In this document: in pieces, positions 1-13,122 of the stretch
Layout: every line of letters begins with the position of its first letter
Numbering within the stretch: the stretch's first letter is position 1
Assembly (NCBI GenBank): GCA_964016885.1
Contig: OZ024753.1
Coordinates: 44,454,001 to 44,518,000 of the forward strand
Source: Eledone cirrhosa
Lineage: Eukaryota
Direction: 5' to 3'
Length of the DNA stretch: 64,000 nucleotides
Position numbers and translations under genes: made by a program
The notes under the pieces: generated by a model
The model's input: only the letters and a program-made list of their open reading frames with translations
The model's database searches: none
What the model was told of the DNA's origin: nothing

Positions 1-77
1 ATTACCCACTCTACTACCCAAAGTATCGAGTACTCTGCTGCGTTATGGTCCACCTGGTTCCTTACCACACTTCCTTC

Positions 78-82
<5 letters not shown>
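1..82 (+). mobile_element. 3' fragment of TA-embedded repeat family C (Penelope-like terminus candidate)
   Basis: ATTACCCACTCTACTACCC..GTATCGAGTACTCT..CTTACCACACTTCCTTCAT runs into (TA)n; homologous copies at 6434, 29236, 40840 and 43238. Confidence 0.7.
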
Positions 83-123
<41 letters not shown>

Positions 124-741
124 TATATGCATAATTTAATGATGCTGTCGGGTTAAAGAGAAATGTATCTTGAAATATTTCACAGGAAACAGAAAACGTA
201 TCATTATATGTGTGCAACAAGGTTGTAATGTTTTTAAAATAATTGGCAGCACCCATATGTGCACATATACACTCACACATACACTCACACATACACATAC
301 GCATTTACATATGCTCACATATATATATGTATATATATATATGTATGTATATATATATATATATGTATGTATATATATATATATGTATATATACATATGT
401 ATATATACATAGACATACATACAAATGAACACACATTTACACATATACACACACATACAAATGAGATTTAAAAGCATAATTACTTGATTTTTTTTGTTCA
501 CAAGATTTATATTAATATATTTATTTATTCCTTTGTATCATATATATATATATATATATATAAATATATATATATATATGTTTATATTTATTTATATATG
601 CACATTTATGTATAAATATATATATATATACATCTATATATATAAATAAATATATATTTATGTCTGTGTGTGTGTATATATATATATACACACGCATGTA
701 TATATATATAAATATATATATATATATACACATATACATAC

Positions 742-782
742 AATTTTTTTCTAAGACAACAAACAGGTCTCGTAATTCTGTT
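742..782 (-). CDS. candidate 41-nt internal exon of an unidentified minus-strand gene ([14 protein letters not shown]; alternative open frame [13 protein letters not shown])
   Basis: long polypyrimidine tract ending TGTCTCTTCCATAG|, donor ATT|GTATGT; two open frames. Confidence 0.4.
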
Positions 783-1261
783 CTATGGAAGAGACAACAA
801 AAACATAAAAATGAAGAAAAAGAAGGTAAAAAACAAAGAACAAAGAAAGAGAAAAGCATCTTAGTACTTAATTGTTTTTTTAATAATAGATGGCTATGAT
901 GAATTGCTTTCTCTACTTCACATGATTTCTAATAAATTAAAAACCTTCAGTTATTCCCAAACAAGTTTTGATAGTCAAGGCATTTTATTTATTAGCATCA
1001 TATAAATAAAAATCTATAGTACATATAAATGACTGCATATATATATATATATATATATATACTCATATACTCATATATGTGTATATACATACATATACAT
1101 ATATATACATATATACACATATATATATCTGTATGTAAACATACATATATATATATATATGCATATATACATATATATACATATACATATATATACAAAT
1201 ACATATATATAATATATATATGTATATATACATATATGTACACACATATATATATATATAC

Positions 1262-1330
<69 letters not shown>

Positions 1331-1534
1331 GACATATATATATATGTATATATGTATATACACATATATATTTACATATCATCATTAGATATATATATAC
1401 AAATATATACATTACATATATATATATATATACAAATATATGCGTACATATATATATAATTATATATACATTAATATATACATACATCATACACAACAAA
1501 GAATATTCTACCTCAACATATCATCATCATCATT

Positions 1535-1567
<33 letters not shown>

Positions 1568-2429
1568 ATATATATATGTGTGTATATATATATATATGTA
1601 TATATATGTGTGTGTGTGTATATATATATGTGTGTATATATATATATATGTATATATATATATGTGCGTGTGTATATATATATATAGGATATAACAAATA
1701 GAAAATACTAGAATAGAGAGAAACAATAGAGAAACGACAACAATACAAGGAACACATATAACATATGACTTAACAGGTTTACCAATAGTAACAAGATGGT
1801 TGCTTGTTGTGTGTGTGTATTATGTTTCTGTGTGCTTTTGTTTCCTTTTTTTGTAAAATGTAACATTGTTTGAGAAATGTTAACAGATAAATGTAAATAT
1901 ATCTAGAAATATAAATATAAAACCATAAAAACAGACCCCCCCCCCCAAAAAAAAAATATTCAAAATCAATATAAAATACAAACAAAGAAGCAAGTAAACA
2001 AACAAATATAACAGCAGTTATTAATCACAAAACCATTCTTTATTTTTATAAATTGGTCTTTGAATTGTCATTGAAATTCTTGCTTTGCATTTTCTGTCTT
2101 CATTTTCAATAAACGGCTTTCTTCAGGCACCTTATTTTTATTGGCATTTTTCCCCTTTTTATATTTAGTTGTTCCTCCATTGAAATCAATTGAAATGTAA
2201 GAGCCGTGACCACCTCAAGTCATTAGAATCTCCGACAAGAAACTGTTTGTCAATATAATATAGGATTTCAGAAAAGGCCATGATTAGGCAGAAGTATTAG
2301 ATTATTGAAATAAATGCCCTATAGAATTTTTACAAATGTCATTTGCTATATTGTTGCAGGGCACACAATACAGATCTAAATTATATGCCATGCCATCCCA
2401 TACCATATCATGTCATTCCATCGATGATT

Positions 2430-2750
2430 CTTAAGACCTGATGGAGTTGTAGGGACGCTCTCATAATACAGAGCATGTCTTGAGCAATTTGAAACTGCTG
2501 GAGTTCATTGCTCTCTTTCTGGATTTCAGCACGGCCAAATTCTGTATGAATAGGACAGAGTGAGAGAGAGAGAGGGGGGGGGGGGGGGGGTTGACACCAG
2601 TACAAACCTGGTACTTTATTTATTGTCCTTTGTCAGGATGAAAGACAAAGTTGACCGCAAAGAGATTTGAACTCTAATTTCAAAGAGCTGTAATGAATAG
2701 CTGAAACCATTTTATCTTCTATTTTAATGATTCTGCTAATTCACCATTTC
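2430..2750 (-). mobile_element. degenerate family A SINE, long-tail variant
   Basis: CTGGTACTTTATT..AGGATGAAAGACAAAGTTGACC..GATTTGAACTC is the reverse complement of the family A core and B box. Confidence 0.55.
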
Positions 2751-2843
2751 CAAAGATTTATGCATCAATGCAAATAACTAATCTAATGTTGATATAATTC
2801 TTTCTTTTTTGCGAGTGGCAGTGGCAAAGAAGATACTCATAGG

Positions 2844-2894
<51 letters not shown>

Positions 2895-3183
2895 GAGAAG
2901 AAAGAAGAATACTGCGTGGTTGCACATGGGTTACATATGATAAAATTAGTCCTTCGTCAGTGATTTGCCAACCATCATTGATATTATGCTGATTGGGAGA
3001 AAAAATACTGTATATATTTTATCTAATGATTCTATGGACTTACTTTCTTATATATTGCTCTGATTGTTGATTATTTAATTAATTAATTCGTCATTGAGCC
3101 ACACCGTGTATGGTTGCCAAAAACATATATATATATATATCTATGGCTCTGTCTAGTTTATGTGTATGTAAACTTCTAAATGT

Positions 3184-3263
<80 letters not shown>

Positions 3264-3358
3264 GGTAATAACAAAAACAACAACACAATCGGTACAGTAT
3301 ATGGAAGGAATATATTAGGTTAACGCTTGAAATAGCAGGAAGATAAATATATATATAT

Positions 3359-3676
3359 CATCATCATTTCATTTTACGTCCGCTTTTCCCTGCTTGCAAG
3401 GGTGGGACGGGAACTGATTCTGGCTTGATTTCTACAGCTGGATGCCCTTCCTAACACCAACCTCATTTACAGTGAGTGCTGGGTGCTTTTTTGCCGTGGC
3501 ACCTCCACGTCCACTTTGCAGTGGAATGATAGGGAGCCCTCATTTCTACAGCTGAGTAAACTGGAGCAATGTGAAATAAAGTGTCTTGCTCAAGGAAACA
3601 ACACATCACCCGGTCTGAGAATTGAACTCACAACCTTTCGATTGCAAGGCCAATGCTCTAACCACTAAGCCATGTG

Positions 3677-3679
<3 letters not shown>
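3359..3679 (-). mobile_element. tRNA-derived CORE-like SINE (family B) with RTE-derived tail
   Basis: minus strand reads TGGCTTAGTGGTTAGAGC (A box), GAGTTCAATTC (B box), CCTTGAGCAAGACACTT..CTCAGCTGTAGAAATGAG (CORE-like); 3' end matches the LINE at 35627-35670. Confidence 0.85.
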
Positions 3680-3751
<72 letters not shown>

Positions 3752-3758
<7 letters not shown>

Positions 3759-3881
3759 TTATATATATTCATATATATATATGATTTATATATATTCATA
3801 TATATATATATATATAATATATGATTTATATATATTCATATATATATATATATATATATAATATATGATTTATATATATAC

Positions 3882-3936
<55 letters not shown>

Positions 3937-3944
3937 GATTTATA

Positions 3945-3994
<50 letters not shown>

Positions 3995-4023
3995 GATTTA
4001 TATATATACATATATATATATAA

Positions 4024-4070
<47 letters not shown>

Positions 4071-4101
4071 GATTTATATATATATACATATATATATATA
4101 A

Positions 4102-4110
<9 letters not shown>
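3752..4110. repeat. compound minisatellite (ATATGATTTATAT..CATA units separated by (TA)n)
   Basis: motif ATATGATTTATAT recurs about 7 times between TA runs. Confidence 0.75.
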
Positions 4111-4155
<45 letters not shown>

Positions 4156-5117
4156 GTGAATGTGTGTGTGTGTGCATGTGTGTATATATGTCTGTGTGTA
4201 TCTCACTTTAATTATACGGCTTTGATATTTAAAGTAACAATCACAATAAACCTCTATAATTGGTGTTCTTTGTAATAATGAGAGCTTTGGATGAAAATAT
4301 GTCACCAGCAATATATAATTATATTTTCAGAAAGTAATGATCCATTAGAAAAGAGAAATATTCACAGAGAGAGGCTGCTGTTCAATTGTAGGTGGTTGCC
4401 ACATGTTTCCTACAGTTAGATAAATGATGGTAGTTCTGTATTGTTTATAAATCTGACCAGACTGAAGAAAGACTAGAGGCCCTTTCCTAGAGGCCCTTTT
4501 AATTTTATTTTAGCTGTAGGAGGGGTGAAAGATTGCAGTGCCAGAGGAAGGCCTGAAATACTTGAAAGCCAAGGTTCCCAGCCATGTCTTAATATGGCTG
4601 AGACGGTACCACTGTGGTCCCGAAATAAGTAAAATCCTGGGGATCTGGAGATAAGTTAATACAGCCCAGTCTGCCAACTGTAAATTAGTGAAGCTTTGAA
4701 GTGTTTGTATTCATCTAAAATACATTGTCTGAGTTTTACATTTATCTACTCTCTAAACACCAGTTTATTACTGAAAATCTTAGTTACATTTACATTACTA
4801 AATCTCTCCAAGTTCTTGATTATTTTTTAACTTATTTGAGACTCACTCTATCTTTCACTAGAAATAATGTAACGATAACATTAAATTATAAATAATATAT
4901 TCACTTTTTCCTATATTTTTAATCATAAAGATTTTTCTTTTGTTCTTAAATGGCCCAAATGGCTCTTCCAAAACTGTTTCAATTTTAGCACAATCTCTGA
5001 ATAAGTGAATTGTCAAAAAAGTTCAAATCTGAAATATCCATTCTTTGTTTTATTGAAATGTAAATTTCCTTACATTTATATTTTTATAGAAAATATTGCA
5101 TAAGCTTCAGAAAATAT

Positions 5118-5156
<39 letters not shown>

Positions 5157-5699
5157 TTATATATATATATATATAAATGTATGTATGAATTTAATGTGGG
5201 TTTCCAGAAAAAAGGAGAATGGACGTATAATGATAAAGTTGAATATGATGATGATAAATATGATGATGATGATGATAATGATGATAAAGTAGACCCCATC
5301 CCCCCATCACCACCATCGATTAGGAAGGTGATATGATGATGAAATTGATTTGTGGATTCAGTAAAATATAAAATTAATATGTTTTTAATCATAACTGGAA
5401 TTTTATCAAAGCAGCCATCATAATCTGCTGATAGAGATATTAAGAACAGTAAAAATATTAATGTTTTACCCAACATTTTAATAAAAAAGATTTATAACTA
5501 GATTTCATTTTTTTTATATGATTTGATTTGATACTGTATCGCTGTTATCAGTCTGTACATTCCATCCAAATCTAAACCTCAAATATTTATCTCATCTATC
5601 AATCTACACTGTAGAACTATATTTTTTGAGGATATCAAGAATATCCAGGAGCCTTCATCTACATTATGGCTACATTAAGCGATTGAGAGTACAAGACTC

Positions 5700-5875
5700 C
5701 TCACTGGACAGGACACCAGTCCATTGCAGTGTTAATTCCCAGCTATTGCTGCTGGTACTCATTTTCTTCTGAGTATACTGGAGTGTTTTGTTCAAGAACA
5801 CAACACACAACCCTGTCCAGGAATTGAACCTGAGACATTCTGATTATAAGTCCAACAGACTTACCACTAGATCAC
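5700..5875 (-). mobile_element. degenerate family B SINE with an alternative (V-domain-like) tail
   Basis: head and CORE remnants plus minus-strand CTGCAATGGACTGGTGTCCTGTCCAG. Confidence 0.55.
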
Positions 5876-6433
5876 GTTGACTGAGTTTTAGTTGCCAGGT
5901 ATGATATAGAGACCTGTGTCATATATACAGGCAAGAAAGCCAGCTTCATTTAAAATAATTCTTTATTTCATTATGATTGCATCTATTGCAAATAGAAGTA
6001 TTTTATACACAAAACATCTTCCTCTCACCACAGCCCCCCCCCCTCTCTCTCAAACTCACCCCCTCTTTCTTATAAACACCTCGCTTCATTCTTCCTGAAA
6101 TTCTTACTCTTCTGGAATCCAATCCCTTTCTCAACACTTGAAAGATTTCACTTAGAAACTGTTCAAAGTAAATCCAACCCTGTTGATGTCACAAGACTGA
6201 CTACCTAATATATATATATGTATGTATATATGTGTGTATATATATATATATATGTAAGTATATATGTGTGTATATATATATATGTATGTATATATGTGTG
6301 TATATATATATATATATATGTACATGTGTATATATATATGTGTGTGACTACCTAATATATGCGATCATTACAAATTACATAGTCTATTGCCTGTCTTAGA
6401 ACATGTGTGATGCATACCTTCCAAAAGACATAG

Positions 6434-6524
6434 TCATACTTTCTCCTATTACCCACTCTACTACCCTAAGTATTGAGTACTCTGGTGCGTTATGGTCCAT
6501 CTGGATCCTTACCACAACTCCTCC

Positions 6525-6530
<6 letters not shown>
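6434..6530 (+). mobile_element. family C TA-embedded repeat fragment
   Basis: closely similar to 1-82; ends CCTCCATT then (TA)n. Confidence 0.7.
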
Positions 6531-6580
<50 letters not shown>

Positions 6581-6667
6581 CAAACATACATATATATATA
6601 CATATATACACACATACATATATATACACATGCACACACACATACACACATACACACACACACACAT

Positions 6668-6704
<37 letters not shown>

Positions 6705-6976
6705 CCTGTCTCACCCAACATATTTCCATTTTGAACTAACTTTGTTAAGATTCCCTTTCCTCCATCACTTTATTCTTCAGCCTGGCTTCAGGCCTCACCA
6801 ATTACAGATCTTTGAATTTCATGTAGAACTATTTGATGATGTTAATGCTGCTAAGATACTTATTGAGAAAGACTAGTGTATTGCTCTATACACCATACTG
6901 ACTAAATATCTATGTAGATTTATATGCATCTATGTGTGTGTGTGTGCATTTTTATGTATGTATGTATGTATGTATG

Positions 6977-7352
6977 TTCTTCTGGTTTTATAATTTCACA
7001 AATTTTTGCCAATAGAAACCAATAGTTGGTTTCTAGCATAGTTACAAGACTCTCTCATTGGAATTTACACAACATCAACAAGGTAGATATGAATGCATGT
7101 ATGTGTGTGCAGGTACGGATGTGTATGTTTTGAGTTGTATGTGTGCATGTGTATATGCTTTGAATCTGTACATGTGTATATGCAGTTATTAGATGCAAAA
7201 TTTTTGGAATGTTTTACATATTTTTACTGTTCCATTAATGGATTGTACTTCTAATTTCCTAACTAGTTGTGTTCTTTCTGTTCCTGTGAAGCCTATCTTC
7301 TCAAGATTTGTATTGAGGCAGTTACTAACATATCCCAGTGCCCCAATAATCA
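6977..7352 (-). mobile_element. 5'-truncated R4/Dong-like (restriction-like endonuclease) LINE inside a (CATA)n tract
   Basis: 7189-7350 translates IIGALGYVSNCLNTNLEKIGFTGTERTQLVRKLEVQSINGTVKICKTFQKFCI*, matching the IGALG...LQ...GT.KI C-terminal pattern of RLE LINEs; (GTAT)n on both flanks. Confidence 0.8.
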
Positions 7353-7580
7353 TATGTATGTATGTATGTATGTATGTATGAATGTATGTATGTATGTATG
7401 TATGTATGTATGTATGTATGTATGTATGTATGTATGTATGTATGTATGTATGTATGTATGTCTATGTGTGTGTGTATGTATGTATGTATGTATGTATTTG
7501 CATGTATGAGTATGTGTAGGTTTTTACATGTGGGGATGTATTTATTTATCAATCTATATCCATCTACTTGTGTGTCTTAG

Positions 7581-7639
<59 letters not shown>

Positions 7640-9482
7640 CTGTGTTTGTGCATATATATATATATGTGTGTGTGTGTATGCATATATGTTTGTATATGTA
7701 TACACATATATGTGTGTGTGTGTTTGTATGTGCATTCTTATATATATGTGTGTGTGTATGTGTTTCTGCTCATAAATCACAAGAGATTTTCCATAATTCA
7801 TTATTTATAGAGAAATGTATCAATCAATTCCCTAAGCAGTGCCTTGGATGAAGCCAGGGCCAGTTTCTATGCGAGATTAAATCCCGATTTATCTGGGATC
7901 CCAATCAGATGTTATCCTATTTCAAGTATTATATCTCTCACTTATTTCAGCAAGGCATAATCCTGACTCCAAACATGCAGAGATCTTACCCACTACATTC
8001 AGCTTAAGGAATCCAATATTATCTTAACCAGAATATTAAGAACTTTAGCTGACCTCTAAGTGGCTAGATGAAATGGGGAAAACTGGAAATGATTTTGACA
8101 TAAATAGCAGTTAAACACCTGCTTTGTACTTATAAGTTCATCTGTAGAATTATTTGCTTCATTTAAGTTTCATTTAAACATCTTCACTTGACCATTTTTC
8201 TGCTGCTATTTAAAGACATTTATACAACTTGCAGGAATAACTTTTATTTTATAACATTTTATTATTTATTTTTAACTATCTCCTGATATGAATATTTAAT
8301 AGTTATACTAACAAGACTAAAAATCTTGTACACATTGTTGTGTACAAGATTTTTAGTTGTTCTATCATGAAACTAGTTATGTAGCCAAAACATTAACGAT
8401 GATGACAGTGAATTTTTAGAAAATAACAGATGTGACATCTCTTCCACAATTATTCTAACAGAGACTAAAAATTAGTCAGCATATTATAGAAAGATTCCAA
8501 CATGGTGTCTGATGAAAGCAAAACTGTGTGATATTCCAGCTTTTTCTTGGTAAAACTTTTGTTGCTATAGCAGACTTCATTTGTATTTGTCTTGTAAAAT
8601 CATTTAACTTTTAACTCAACAAAATACTTCAGTAATGCTGGTAGAGATCACAGCTTCCATCTCTCTCGCTCTCCCCTTTATAAGCAACGAGGAAAGGACT
8701 ACAAATGCCATAAATGAGAAGAAAAGGAGAGAAAGAACAAGAACTATAAGACCATGGAAGAAAGAAAGGGGAAATGGAGGAAGGACAGGCTCTATGCCTA
8801 GTTTGGAGCAATGTTTCAGTTGCACCCCACAGACAAAGCAACAAAGGCATTTCCGCAGACAATAGCCAGCAACAGCCACTGCAACAGCCACCCTAACTTG
8901 AAGGGCTCTTTCCTCAGATGGGCTGCTGATGTTCTGATTTTACTGAGAAGCATGTTCCAAACACAACCTTAATAATGAGAAATTTAGTTATCACACGAAA
9001 TTCTTGATTATTTCAAAAATTATTTGAACTCCATAGGCAATGTCTTTCATTAGAAATATAGTAATGGAAGGATTAATATCTGCTCTGCTTATTATAACTG
9101 TTTTCTTCTTGTTCGTATTGTTTTATTATGCTCTCAATTGTAAAACAAAACAGATGTTCTTCTTTCATGATAAACTGTCGTTTGTTTTGTGATACTGAAC
9201 ACTTCAACATTTAACTTTCCTTGTTTGATAAATATACATTCATATATATTACACACACAAACATAATTGCTTGTTCTTTTTATTTCCAATGTGTATATTT
9301 TTGTTAATGCTGACAACATTTATTATATTTTTGTTATGTAACTGTCATCTTGTGTTGTTCTGTATTTTGTAGTTTCATATGCAACAACCTTAGATAAAAC
9401 TGCTTGTAAAACTTTTAATACAACAATAAGTAACTAAAGTTGTGCATGAAGTAACATTACATTAGAAAAATACCTCACCTGC

Positions 9483-9675
9483 TTAATTTAGCATTTGCAT
9501 TACTTTATATTTACTATCTTATATAATCATCTCACATAATATCGAATCTATGAGATTTTTATATTATTTATTTTGAGAACAATAACTTAACAGCAATGTG
9601 AGTGGCCAGTTGCAGCCAGTTCAAACAGGTGGTGAGAGAATTCTGGCAAGATACAGCCAGTTTAAATTTTAAATA
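9483..9675 (+). mobile_element. degenerate piggyBac-like MITE copy
   Basis: internal sequence ATCTCACATAATATCGAATCTATGAGATTTT..GAGAATTCTGGC matches the 38867 and 59306 copies. Confidence 0.65.
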
Positions 9676-9750
9676 TAGATCTTCCTACCATGGTTTCATA
9701 TCAGGAAGAATTCTCATTGGAATCAACAATAATTGAAGAATCCACCATTC

Positions 9751-9794
<44 letters not shown>

Positions 9795-9802
<8 letters not shown>

Positions 9803-10010
9803 TAAAATAACAGATTAAAGTTTAAGCAAAGAATCGCTGCTTCAGAAGTTTCAGAAGATCCCGTTAAGGGTGAAAGCAGCGATTCTTTGCTTAAACTTTA
9901 ATCTGTTATTTTAATAAATATTTGCTCTACGGTTCTTATATATTTGATATATATTTTTCCTTATCGAGCCCTCTTTGGATTTTAGTCTTCAAATTTATTA
10001 TTATTACTAT
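9795..10010 (+). mobile_element. family D TA-embedded element with a perfect 48-bp inverted duplication (Penelope-like terminus candidate)
   Basis: 9795-9842 is the exact reverse complement of 9874-9921; AATAAA downstream; copies at 31934-32031 and 41075-41145. Confidence 0.75.
9846..9898 (+). ncRNA. type-I hammerhead-like motif with variant core (CAGAAGA, U10.1:U11.1)
   Basis: stem I AAGUUU/AAACUU; CAGAAGA; stem II CCC/GGG; GAAA; stem III AGCA/UGCU; CUU triplet. Confidence 0.5.
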
Positions 10011-10755
10011 ATATATATATATATATATATCATTTACTAATTTTGCACAACATGAAAATCTAAAAATAAATAATATATTGTATGGCTCTCTTACAATTTT
10101 CTTCCCTTTTTTATATAAACATGTATATACATCTCTATATAATAAACATTTCTATATACATCTCCATATACATTTCTATATAATTTCGTTATATCTTTTG
10201 TTATGGAATGTTGTATGTATGAATGAGTCATGGTGGCTATATAAATGAAAATATTATTGTTATTAATATTGTTGTTGCTGCTGTTGTGGTTCTTGTCGTT
10301 GTTTGCTGTGTATACATATTTTTTCACAGCGATCTTTTTAAAAGATATTTTCTACAAGGGTTACCTTATGAATAAAAGGCTTGTTGTTTCTTTTCTATTT
10401 TTTTTTTTTGTTCATTTCTCTGACAAGGGGGCTTTGAATTTTTTGTACATCAACACTTTTATCCTGGGGACAAACAGAAACTCTATCCTTTGACATTTTA
10501 GTGGTATACACATTTTTCAAACATTTATTTTAAAACCATCAATATGAACGCATATGGGATTGCAGGAGATGCTAGCCACAAAGCTTGTAGCAGTAAATAC
10601 ATTTCTAAAAAGACAAAAAATAGGCTAAGAAAAAAAGTATCAGACAAAACCATATGACAATGCAACAAACAACAGAGAAAGATAGAATTTCAAAGAAGGA
10701 AATGGAAACTTACAAGGCATTAACCAAAGTATCACCCACAACATCAAGACATGCT

Positions 10756-11099
10756 TTCATTTCATCATTTCATTTCATTTTACATCCGCTTTTTCCCTGC
10801 TTGCAAGGGTGGGATGGGAACTGATTCTGGCTTGATTTCTACAGCTGGATGCCCTTCCTAACACCAACCTCATTTACAGTGAGTGCTGGGTGCTTTTCTG
10901 CCGTGGCACCTCCACGACCACTTTGCAGTGGAATGATAGAGACCCCAGTCCCTATCATCTCATTTCTACAGCTGAGTAAACTGGAGCAATGTGAAATAAA
11001 GTGTCTTGCTCAAGGAAACAACACATCACCCAGTCTGAGAATTGAACTCACAACCTTTCGATTGCAAGGCCATTGCTCTAACCACTAACCCATGTGCTT
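10756..11099 (-). mobile_element. family B CORE-like SINE with RTE tail
   Basis: near-identical to 3359-3679 and 57085-57408. Confidence 0.85.
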
Positions 11100-11187
11100 G
11101 TGTATTTTGAAAACCAAAAGGGAATTTGGACATCAGTCAACTCAAAAGAAAGACAAAAGCCTGGAAGAGATGTGATCCATCATCATT

Positions 11188-11322
11188 GTCCCTTTACGAT
11201 CTGAGTTCAAATCCCGCCGAGGTTGACTTTGCCTTTCATTCTTATGGGGCCGATAAAATAAAGTACCAGTGATGCACTGGGTAATTGCTGGCCTTGTGCC
11301 TAAAGTAGAAACAATTATTATT
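11188..11322 (+). mobile_element. family A tRNA SINE (Nin/Deu-like core), 5' truncated
   Basis: GAGTTCAAATCCC B box, GACTTTGCCTTTCAT..GATAAAATAAAGTACCAG core, (ATT)n tail. Confidence 0.85.
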
Positions 11323-11719
11323 GTTTAATGTCCATTTTCCATGATAGCAAGGGTAGGACGAGTTGGGTCAGGTGATCGTGTTTTGCTCATATAGAACTGT
11401 TTCTGGCTAGGTTTTTACAGCTGGATGCCCTTCCTAAGGTTACAAAAGATAATACCACCTTGTCTAAGGTATTTATCTAGGATATAGTGTAGAGGAAGGT
11501 GACATAGTTGCTTTTCAAATAATTGAATGAGATTCAACATGTCCTGCAAAGAGGAAATGAAGGAATCCCTCACTGTGGTGTGATAGGATATGTACTCCAT
11601 CAACTGAGACAAAAAATATGGAGGAATGAGGTGTGGGGTGAAACAGAGCTGGTACATGAGACACCTGGTTATAGGTTGGTGTTGAAATACATGGGGAAAA
11701 GAAATACAAAGGCTAGAGA

Positions 11720-11827
11720 TAATTATTTCTACTTTTGGCACAAGGCCAGCAATTACCCCAGTACATTACTGGTACTTTATTTTATCGACCTCGTAAGCAT
11801 GAAAGGCCAAGTTAACCTTAGTGGGAG
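11720..11827 (-). mobile_element. family A SINE fragment
   Basis: reverse complement of the family A core and tail. Confidence 0.75.
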
Positions 11828-12621
11828 ATAATGCTAGAAATAAAAGCTGTCTGCCCAAACTGTTGTGAAATATTTATTTTAATGGAAGGTTTCCTTTATT
11901 TTACAGTTTCTTTTCAAAATGAAGCAACCACCCAGTGTAGAATGATTTCAATGAAGGGAATTTAGAATCACGGCATATCTATGGAATGATTTGAAATGCC
12001 ATTTAGACAGAGATTTGTCTTTTAATGACTGGCTTAGATAATCCCAACTGATTATATTTACTTACTGTATTGAACATGTAAGATCCTACTGTATTTCAAT
12101 ATTAGTATGCAACAACATTCGTCTCAGCTATTTTCCCTCAGCTATCACTAGCCACCCACTACTACTACTACTACTACTACTACAGAGAAGAAGAAGAGGA
12201 AGATTACTGCTGCCACTACGATTCCCCCCCCCCCCCACACACACAACACTACCACTATTACTAGGCAACATCAGTTGCACCAACACTAACAAGAATAACA
12301 GCACCAACAACAACAACATACAGCGTTAAATATGAAATATTTCTGACACCAATTGGAAGAGAGAAATGTGTCGTATATTAAAGCCAAGAAAATAGATAAA
12401 ACCAGGCATTAAGAAAGAAAAACAGAAGAAACAAATGGATTCTTGCAGAATATACACACACATATATATTTATATACAAACATATATATATATACGCATA
12501 CAAGCATATATATATACACATATATATATATACAAACATATATATATACACATATATATATATACACACAAACATATATACACACACACACATATATATA
12601 TATATACACAAACATATATAT

Positions 12622-12656
<35 letters not shown>

Positions 12657-12671
12657 CACACAAACATATAT

Positions 12672-12714
<43 letters not shown>

Positions 12715-13080
12715 AACATATATACACACACATATATATATATATACACACACACATGTATAAAAATCGAATAGTTGATGAAGAGATATTGTTAAATAAA
12801 GAAAAAGACAATTTGATTAAAATTCCCTTTTATAAATGGATGGTACTTTCTCCGGTTTGGAAATGAAGCAAGGGAAAAGATAACAAAAACAACAACAACA
12901 ACAACTACTACTACTACTACTACTACTACAAGAAATAAAACTGATAAATTGATTAACTTGTATGAGGGGAACAATTCTATTGTGTTGTTTCTATGTGAAA
13001 TTAAGTGATCTTATCACAAACTTTGTATAATATCAAATAAAAGAAATCCCAGTGAGTTTACAACGACGGAAGAAACTCAC

Positions 13081-13122
13081 CGCTTCCAACAATAGAAACA
13101 TTGTCCGCCAATCATTCATTAT
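13081..13122 (-). CDS. candidate 42-nt phase-0 exon (IMNDWRTMFLLLEA)
   Basis: acceptor TGTTTTACAG|, donor GCG|GTGAGT, a single open frame, locally CpG-rich non-repeat DNA. Confidence 0.5.

Noticed and set aside
2940-2965. CUGACGA on the minus strand in a TA-flanked island; similarly CTGAAGAGGTC at about 29489
   Set aside because: No downstream GAAA or stem III; truncated remnants at best
6781-6876. Plus-strand acceptor followed by 31 open codons (PGFRPHQLQIFEFHVELFDDVNAAKILIEKD*); also a 34-nt candidate at 39755-39788
   Set aside because: Isolated, with no recognisable homology, and compatible with chance in 64 kb
8616-8891. Overlapping 76-91 aa ORFs in a purine-rich patch
   Set aside because: Compositional bias, no motif and no convincing splice sites
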